64,000 nt of DNA from a virus (taxonomy: Duplodnaviria > Caudoviricetes): positions 1-64,000 of IMG/VR virus record IMGVR_UViG_2836880742_000002; one strand, 5' to 3'. Shown piece after piece: positions 59,396-64,000 of this stretch. Position 1 is the first letter of the stretch, and each line of letters starts with the position of its first letter. A program made the position numbers and the translations under genes. The notes beneath the pieces were generated by a model. It saw only the letters and a list, made by a program, of their open reading frames with translations. It did not search any database and was not told the origin of the DNA.

Positions 59396-59860
59396 CTATT
59401 GATGGTTGGCTAATAAATCTGGATTATCGTAAATATTTCCTTTTAGTTCATATTCATATGAAATTGTTCCATGTGCATGCCCATCATTCCAATATGAGGA
59501 ATATACAAAACGCGATACAACATAGTCTTTATAAGACTTATGTTTTATACCAAAAACTCCATTATCAAAGCATACTTCACTTATTAAACCGTAGTCGTAT
59601 CCATTTGTGACAATTTGTTCAACAATATCGCCCTCATAAATCTCTTTACCGTTCCTATCTTGTAGCCCTGTGTATTGTCCAACGGTTTCATTTTGTACTT
59701 TTGTTGCAACTATCGTGATAGTGTTTCCTTCATCAGATAATGTCGTTTCGGTACAAGCGTGGTATATGTAATATTCGCCTTGATTTTCTATAAGGTCTCC
59801 GTACATCCATTTTCCGCTATCAAGGCTTTTTCCTCTGAATCTTATTCTTTTCATATTCAA
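59396..59860 (-). CDS. YopX-family protein
   Basis: IRFRG...GQYTGLQDRNGKEIYEGDIV...GNIYDNPDLL. Confidence 0.9.
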   Translation of the reverse strand: MNMKRIRFRGKSLDSGKWMYGDLIENQGEYYIYHACTETTLSDEGNTITIVATKVQNETVGQYTGLQDRNGKEIYEGDIVEQIVTNGYDYGLISEVCFDNGVFGIKHKSYKDYVVSRFVYSSYWNDGHAHGTISYEYELKGNIYDNPDLLANHQ

Positions 59861-60258
59861 AACAAACTTGCTTGTTCATACTTAGGTCCTTTCTTCTCAA
59901 CAACTCCAAATTCTGCGATTTCAATTCCAGTCTTTTCAGTCAGCCATTTTGCCAAAATATGACGATGGCAGAAATCTCCCGGCTTTTCGTAGCAGCAAAG
60001 AGCGACATCTTTACCATTGCCTAATGCTTGGATTTGTTCTAAAACCTTTCCCGCATCCTGTTTGGCAAGAATGTCATCATACATTTTAAGATATTCTTCA
60101 TGCGAGCAAGCTCCACTTATCATATATCTCGTAGGACAAACATTCAACATTTGAGGAGCTTGAATAAATCTTGGTCTGCCAATAGCGACACAGATTATCA
60201 TTACTCCTGCTTCATTCAGTTTCCGGGCATTCCCGAAATATGATGTGTAAATCTTCAT
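59857..60258 (-). CDS. DUF488-like protein
   Basis: IYTSYF...ALCCYEKPGDFCHRHILA. Confidence 0.75.
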   Translation of the reverse strand: MKIYTSYFGNARKLNEAGVMIICVAIGRPRFIQAPQMLNVCPTRYMISGACSHEEYLKMYDDILAKQDAGKVLEQIQALGNGKDVALCCYEKPGDFCHRHILAKWLTEKTGIEIAEFGVVEKKGPKYEQASLF

Positions 60259-60364
60259 TTTCTTCTTATTTACGTTGTAAAGATACTATTTTTGTTTGAA
60301 AAACAATCATTTTTTTACGCTAAAATAGGCTAAACTACCACGTTTTTGCCATTTCTATGACTTT

Positions 60365-60589
60365 TTAATAATCTCCTACGTGCAGTAAACTTGCTTCGGA
60401 GTGGAAATTTATATCATCTAACCGATATTCTATGAGTAAACAAGTGTATTCATCACCAATTTTACGGTGTCTTTGATGTTTCTTGGCAAGTGCTTCCAGT
60501 TCTTTGCCTGATAGTCCATACCCGTTCTTTCGGTTAAGGTTCTTCATCCTATCTTTGTCTTTTTCTTTCAGGTCTTCGTATGTCTTCAT
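60365..60589 (-). CDS. Hypothetical protein
   Basis: 74-aa ORF in a co-oriented small-gene array. Confidence 0.5.
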   Translation of the reverse strand: MKTYEDLKEKDKDRMKNLNRKNGYGLSGKELEALAKKHQRHRKIGDEYTCLLIEYRLDDINFHSEASLLHVGDY

Positions 60590-60750
60590 GGCTCAATCCT
60601 CCTCAAATTCATCTTCATATACAAATATATGTTTGCCACTTCCACAAATCTCGACTTCCCATTTATATATGTTCGGCCAATATTCGATTAGGATGATGTT
60701 CCGATAGCCTTTATATGACTCTTTTAATGTTGCTGTTCTCATTGTTCTAT

Positions 60751-61035
60751 TTATCCGTTATACGTTGCTGCTATTTCTTCTGCTTTCAATTCTTTGGTAA
60801 GTTCGCCATTCTTGTAGAATCGTACTGCCACAACACGAACCGTATCTGATAAGAACCGACCGCAATCATTAGTCAGTTTTGCTTGCAACTTAATTGCTTT
60901 AACCAAACTCTTGGTGCGTTTCTTGATTGTCTTCTTGAAACCGAAAACGTAATCTTCGGTATCAATCTCAAACTGGTAGGTATCAGAGCGCAGTATCTGA
61001 TTAAGTTCGGATGTCATTTGCTGTATTCTATTCAT
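60751..61035 (-). CDS. Hypothetical protein
   Basis: 94-aa ORF in the array. Confidence 0.55.
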   Translation of the reverse strand: MNRIQQMTSELNQILRSDTYQFEIDTEDYVFGFKKTIKKRTKSLVKAIKLQAKLTNDCGRFLSDTVRVVAVRFYKNGELTKELKAEEIAATYNG

Positions 61036-61046
61036 TATCCTATATT

Positions 61047-61481
61047 TTAAAGTGATTTCAAAATATTCATGTTAGCTGTATCGGTACTAATTATGAAACG
61101 ATAAACAAATCTACAATCAGAAAACTCACATCTATATTTTAATCCAAGTTCTCTTAGTTTATTCTCTACCATTTCTACATTGTTTTTAAACCCAAACAAA
61201 GAGTTTATTCCAATGCCGTATGATGCAGGATAAACAGACATAGTAGAACTGAACAACTTGCGTAGATAATTGGATAAGTTTCGATAAGATGATTTTTCGC
61301 TGATTTTGTCAAGCAACCATTCAACAGTTACTTCTTTTTGCTTAGGAGCCTTAATCGACCTATAATCTATATAGATGTAATTACCTTTTTCAAAAGGAAC
61401 TTCATTACAATTATCATCATGTGCCCAAATATTGTAACCAAGTTCGTTCAATTTGCTTATTGTTTCTTTTGTAATCTTCAT
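61047..61481 (-). CDS. Hypothetical protein
   Basis: 144-aa ORF in the array. Confidence 0.55.
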   Translation of the reverse strand: MKITKETISKLNELGYNIWAHDDNCNEVPFEKGNYIYIDYRSIKAPKQKEVTVEWLLDKISEKSSYRNLSNYLRKLFSSTMSVYPASYGIGINSLFGFKNNVEMVENKLRELGLKYRCEFSDCRFVYRFIISTDTANMNILKSL

Positions 61482-61493
61482 TGCTTATGTATA

Positions 61494-61703
61494 TCAAAGA
61501 TTATCACCCGGCAATTTAACACCTGCATTTCGGAGAGCGATTGTCATTTCTCCAATGAAACCATTAAGCTCATTGAAACAATAGGTTCTTTGAGGAATAC
61601 TCATAGCAATCTGGCATTGAATGCTGTTTAACCCGAAATCGACAGCTGCTTTTACTATGTTTTCTATGAATACTTTTCTCTGACTTTCTTTGTTCGTTTT
61701 CAT
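61494..61703 (-). CDS. Hypothetical protein
   Basis: 69-aa ORF behind a promoter-like block. Confidence 0.5.
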   Translation of the reverse strand: MKTNKESQRKVFIENIVKAAVDFGLNSIQCQIAMSIPQRTYCFNELNGFIGEMTIALRNAGVKLPGDNL

Positions 61704-61994
61704 TACTCTTATTATTTAAGTTGTTATTTTGGATATGTAAAGATACAAATAATATATTGAATATCAATAGTTTACATCTAAAATACCGAGAGCTTAAACT
61801 TTGTTTAACTTTTGAATCTCAGCAACTTACGGTCAAGCATCCGGGCAAAGACACCGGTCGCGAACACCGTCTCACGACCCTTGTCATCCTTGCAGCGGAT
61901 ATACACGTCCGCATCCTTGCAGGACTTGTAGAACTCGTACAGATTGCCGTATGGCTGGATGACATCACGAAATATTTGCGACGCCGTTTTAGAT

Positions 61995-62240
61995 TTATGA
62001 TAACCTCCCATACCCATATTTTCCAAACAGCAATGCCTTGCTTTTCTCAATCTCACTATTGGTATCAATGCCTATCTGTTGGTAAAATCCAGCATTCCCC
62101 GAAAGACACTCATGCGCTATCTTCAACGTCCTGCGTTCTTCTTTGGTGAAACCTATGCGAAATTTGGAGAAAATCGCCAGTGCAGATTTAAAGTCACCGC
62201 ACCGAAGCAACGACACTGCTTTATTGGTTTTCGTCTTCAT
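61995..62240 (-). CDS. Hypothetical protein
   Basis: Likely start MKTKTNK at 62240. Confidence 0.5.
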   Translation of the reverse strand: MKTKTNKAVSLLRCGDFKSALAIFSKFRIGFTKEERRTLKIAHECLSGNAGFYQQIGIDTNSEIEKSKALLFGKYGYGRLS

Positions 62241-62400
62241 AAGGATAAATTTCTCTGCCTTCAAAATCATCAGCCGTAAGCACGACTTCCTCACAGTCTA
62301 TCATTTCCTCTACTTTCTCTAAAGCGACATCATAATCTTCAGCTTCGACCTCTATGACTTTTGAGAGGGCTTCGATTATCTTGAACTTATACTTCATCAT
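62221..62400 (-). CDS. DpnD/PcfM-like small acidic protein (absent from the ORF track)
   Basis: YKFKIIEALSKVIEVEAEDYDVALEKV...EEVVLTADDF. Confidence 0.6.
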   Translation of the reverse strand: MMKYKFKIIEALSKVIEVEAEDYDVALEKVEEMIDCEEVVLTADDFEGREIYPYEDENQ

Positions 62401-62412
62401 ATTTCACCTGTG

Positions 62413-62850
62413 TTAATCATTCATTATTTCATCAATCTTATCGTATCCTTTAATAGCTTCAATTACCAAACCTGGCTTGACGTTGAACAAGTATTTCAGT
62501 TCATCATCAGTAAGGACAGAGCAAGCCTTATGGCAAATGTCATGTATAGTAATGCATTCTTCCAGTCCAAGGTTCTCTTCTTGTCCGTCTTCAACAATGG
62601 CGGCAAGTCCATATCCAAACCTGTTATTTTTCTTATCCGTTCGATATTGGCACAAATCTTTTACAAATCCGAGTTTTACCCCAAATTCGCCATCGTGTTC
62701 TGAAAAATCTGCGAGGTTCTCAATCAGCCCCTCACTGTCATCAGCGTAAAGTCTATATACTTCTGCATCCTCATTTTTGAATAATGCAATGGCTGTATTC
62801 TTTTGTACTACAAGCCATATAAAACCGTCCTTTGTAATCTTTGTTCTCAT
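62413..62850 (-). CDS. Hypothetical protein
   Basis: 145-aa ORF coupled to neighbours. Confidence 0.55.
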   Translation of the reverse strand: MRTKITKDGFIWLVVQKNTAIALFKNEDAEVYRLYADDSEGLIENLADFSEHDGEFGVKLGFVKDLCQYRTDKKNNRFGYGLAAIVEDGQEENLGLEECITIHDICHKACSVLTDDELKYLFNVKPGLVIEAIKGYDKIDEIMND

Positions 62851-63137
62851 AACCTTAACTCTTCCATTATTTGTATTGCCACTTTATTTGCCTCGTCTGT
62901 CCTGTTGTCTTCGACAATCTGACTATTCATCCAGTTGGATTGCCATTCTATGTAACCAATGTCATTGCAGGACATCTTAAAACCCTCATATAAGTATGAG
63001 TATGCAATCTTTTCTGCAAGACCTTGTACATGATAGCCAAGACGCATGCCTGCCAATATCCTCACGCACCAACCAACACCATTGCGAATTGTTTTTTCGT
63101 CATTATCAGTAGTTGTCATTGATTTTATCCTCCACAT
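62847..63137 (-). CDS. Hypothetical protein
   Basis: ORF overlapping neighbours; start uncertain. Confidence 0.45.
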   Translation of the reverse strand: MWRIKSMTTTDNDEKTIRNGVGWCVRILAGMRLGYHVQGLAEKIAYSYLYEGFKMSCNDIGYIEWQSNWMNSQIVEDNRTDEANKVAIQIMEELRL

Positions 63138-63291
63138 TATGAATAAACTCCTCTATCATTTCTTCAAGCTCCCAACGCAAATCCTCTTTATCCAGATAGG
63201 AACAGTACGTTTTTGCATTCTCCATCGATTGCAGAATATTCCTTACCGCATACTCTTGTTTTTCGGTTAGGCTTAATAGTGATGTATTCAT
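63106..63291 (-). CDS. Hypothetical protein
   Basis: Likely start MNTSLL, 4-nt overlap with the upstream gene. Confidence 0.45.
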   Translation of the reverse strand: MNTSLLSLTEKQEYAVRNILQSMENAKTYCSYLDKEDLRWELEEMIEEFIHNVEDKINDNY

Positions 63292-63938
63292 ACTTGTTCT
63301 CCCCATAGCTTTTTAGCCAATTCGTATTTCTTTTGCAGTTCATTCGCCTCTTTCTTGGCGTAGGTCAGAGAATAGGAGTGTTCCCGTGGATATTTGCCGG
63401 ATTTCAGCCCTTCATGGTATTCCTTAGCGACTTCCAACTCATGTTCATAGAAATCTATACTTTCCGGCATAGAAAGATTGATAGTTTTAGCGCGTTTTTC
63501 CCAATACTTGGCTACTCTTTCATGTTCGGCAGCTTTGTCGCTAAACTCAACACTTTTGCCCATATTATTCCAGGCATCATCAATCATTTTGCGATGCCGT
63601 TTCTCGCTATGATGTCCGACTTTGATAGGCTCACCGAGAGAAAGGAAATCAGCATCTTTATTTGACTTGTTATAAAATTCAGTACTCTTGCGTTCTGCCG
63701 ATGCAGCCCATTCACGTCTGCGTTCAGCTCTTTGCTTCGCCCATTCCTGAACATTGAAGCCATCGGCACGGACTATTGAATAGTAATAGAATCCGTCACG
63801 TTCAAAGACCAGGTTAAAGACTACGCTTTCGTTCTCCTTACCGTACTTTGTGGTAACGGGGATTATTTCTCCTTTCTCATGTTCTTCTTCACACTTTGCC
63901 AAAAATACGTTTGGCGCAAACTTGTAATACGTGTTCAT
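63288..63938 (-). CDS. DUF3560-like protein
   Basis: GEPIKVGHHSEKRHRK motif. Confidence 0.75.
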   Translation of the reverse strand: MNTYYKFAPNVFLAKCEEEHEKGEIIPVTTKYGKENESVVFNLVFERDGFYYYSIVRADGFNVQEWAKQRAERRREWAASAERKSTEFYNKSNKDADFLSLGEPIKVGHHSEKRHRKMIDDAWNNMGKSVEFSDKAAEHERVAKYWEKRAKTINLSMPESIDFYEHELEVAKEYHEGLKSGKYPREHSYSLTYAKKEANELQKKYELAKKLWGEQV

Positions 63939-64000
63939 TGCTCTTTTAATTTAAGTCGTTCAATTTCGTTGGTTTAAAATAAATATCCCGTTCAATCGTA

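Larger units (their letters stand above)
1..64000 (-). mobile_element. Temperate siphovirus-type prophage (extends beyond the window; interrupted at 5131-25169)
   Basis: Co-oriented terminase, portal, MuF, scaffold, capsid, head-tail, tail tube, tape measure, tail tip, fibre, holin and endolysin genes in canonical order; no phage integrase or att site visible. Confidence 0.93.

Noticed and set aside
1-64000. Many long opposite-strand or nested ORFs (e.g. 9203-10144, 10997-11815, 28262-29287, 2513-3019)
   Set aside because: They shadow well-supported genes and show no recognisable motifs
1-64000. CRISPR array or diversity-generating retroelement
   Set aside because: No regularly spaced repeat-spacer array, reverse transcriptase or adenine-variable repeat pair seen

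Overview
The window is most of a temperate siphovirus-type prophage on the minus strand. The host is inferred to be Bacteroidales from TAnnTTTG promoter boxes and gene content. From high to low coordinates: small early/accessory genes, a candidate DNA-modification cluster (tRNA-Gly-like RNA, Cys-cluster/GNAT, PLP racemase-like, amidoligase-GNAT fusion, ParB), terminase, a RelE-type TA pair, portal, a Tad2-containing fusion, a MuF-(p)ppApp-synthetase toxin with immunity genes, head, tail and fibre genes, holin, endolysin, a Panacea pair and a spanin-like lipoprotein. A ~20 kb mobilizable element (5131-25169, flanked by AATGTA) sits in the fibre/lysis region. It carries an integrase, primase, MOB_V relaxase, a type I R-M locus whose hsdS halves lie between direct-repeat recombination cores, and an MBL-hydrolase/membrane-protein pair. 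Signals that gene calls do not explain: (1) a covarying boxB-like U-GA(A/U)GNN-R hairpin before the first gene of most late modules, with the same loop inside an antisense pseudoknotted small RNA; (2) two divergent 70-nt tRNA-Gly mimics, both with 6-nt anticodon loops; (3) the packaging-linked modification cluster; (4) excision/reintegration-type hsdS shuffling. All family calls come from motifs recognised by eye; no searches were run.
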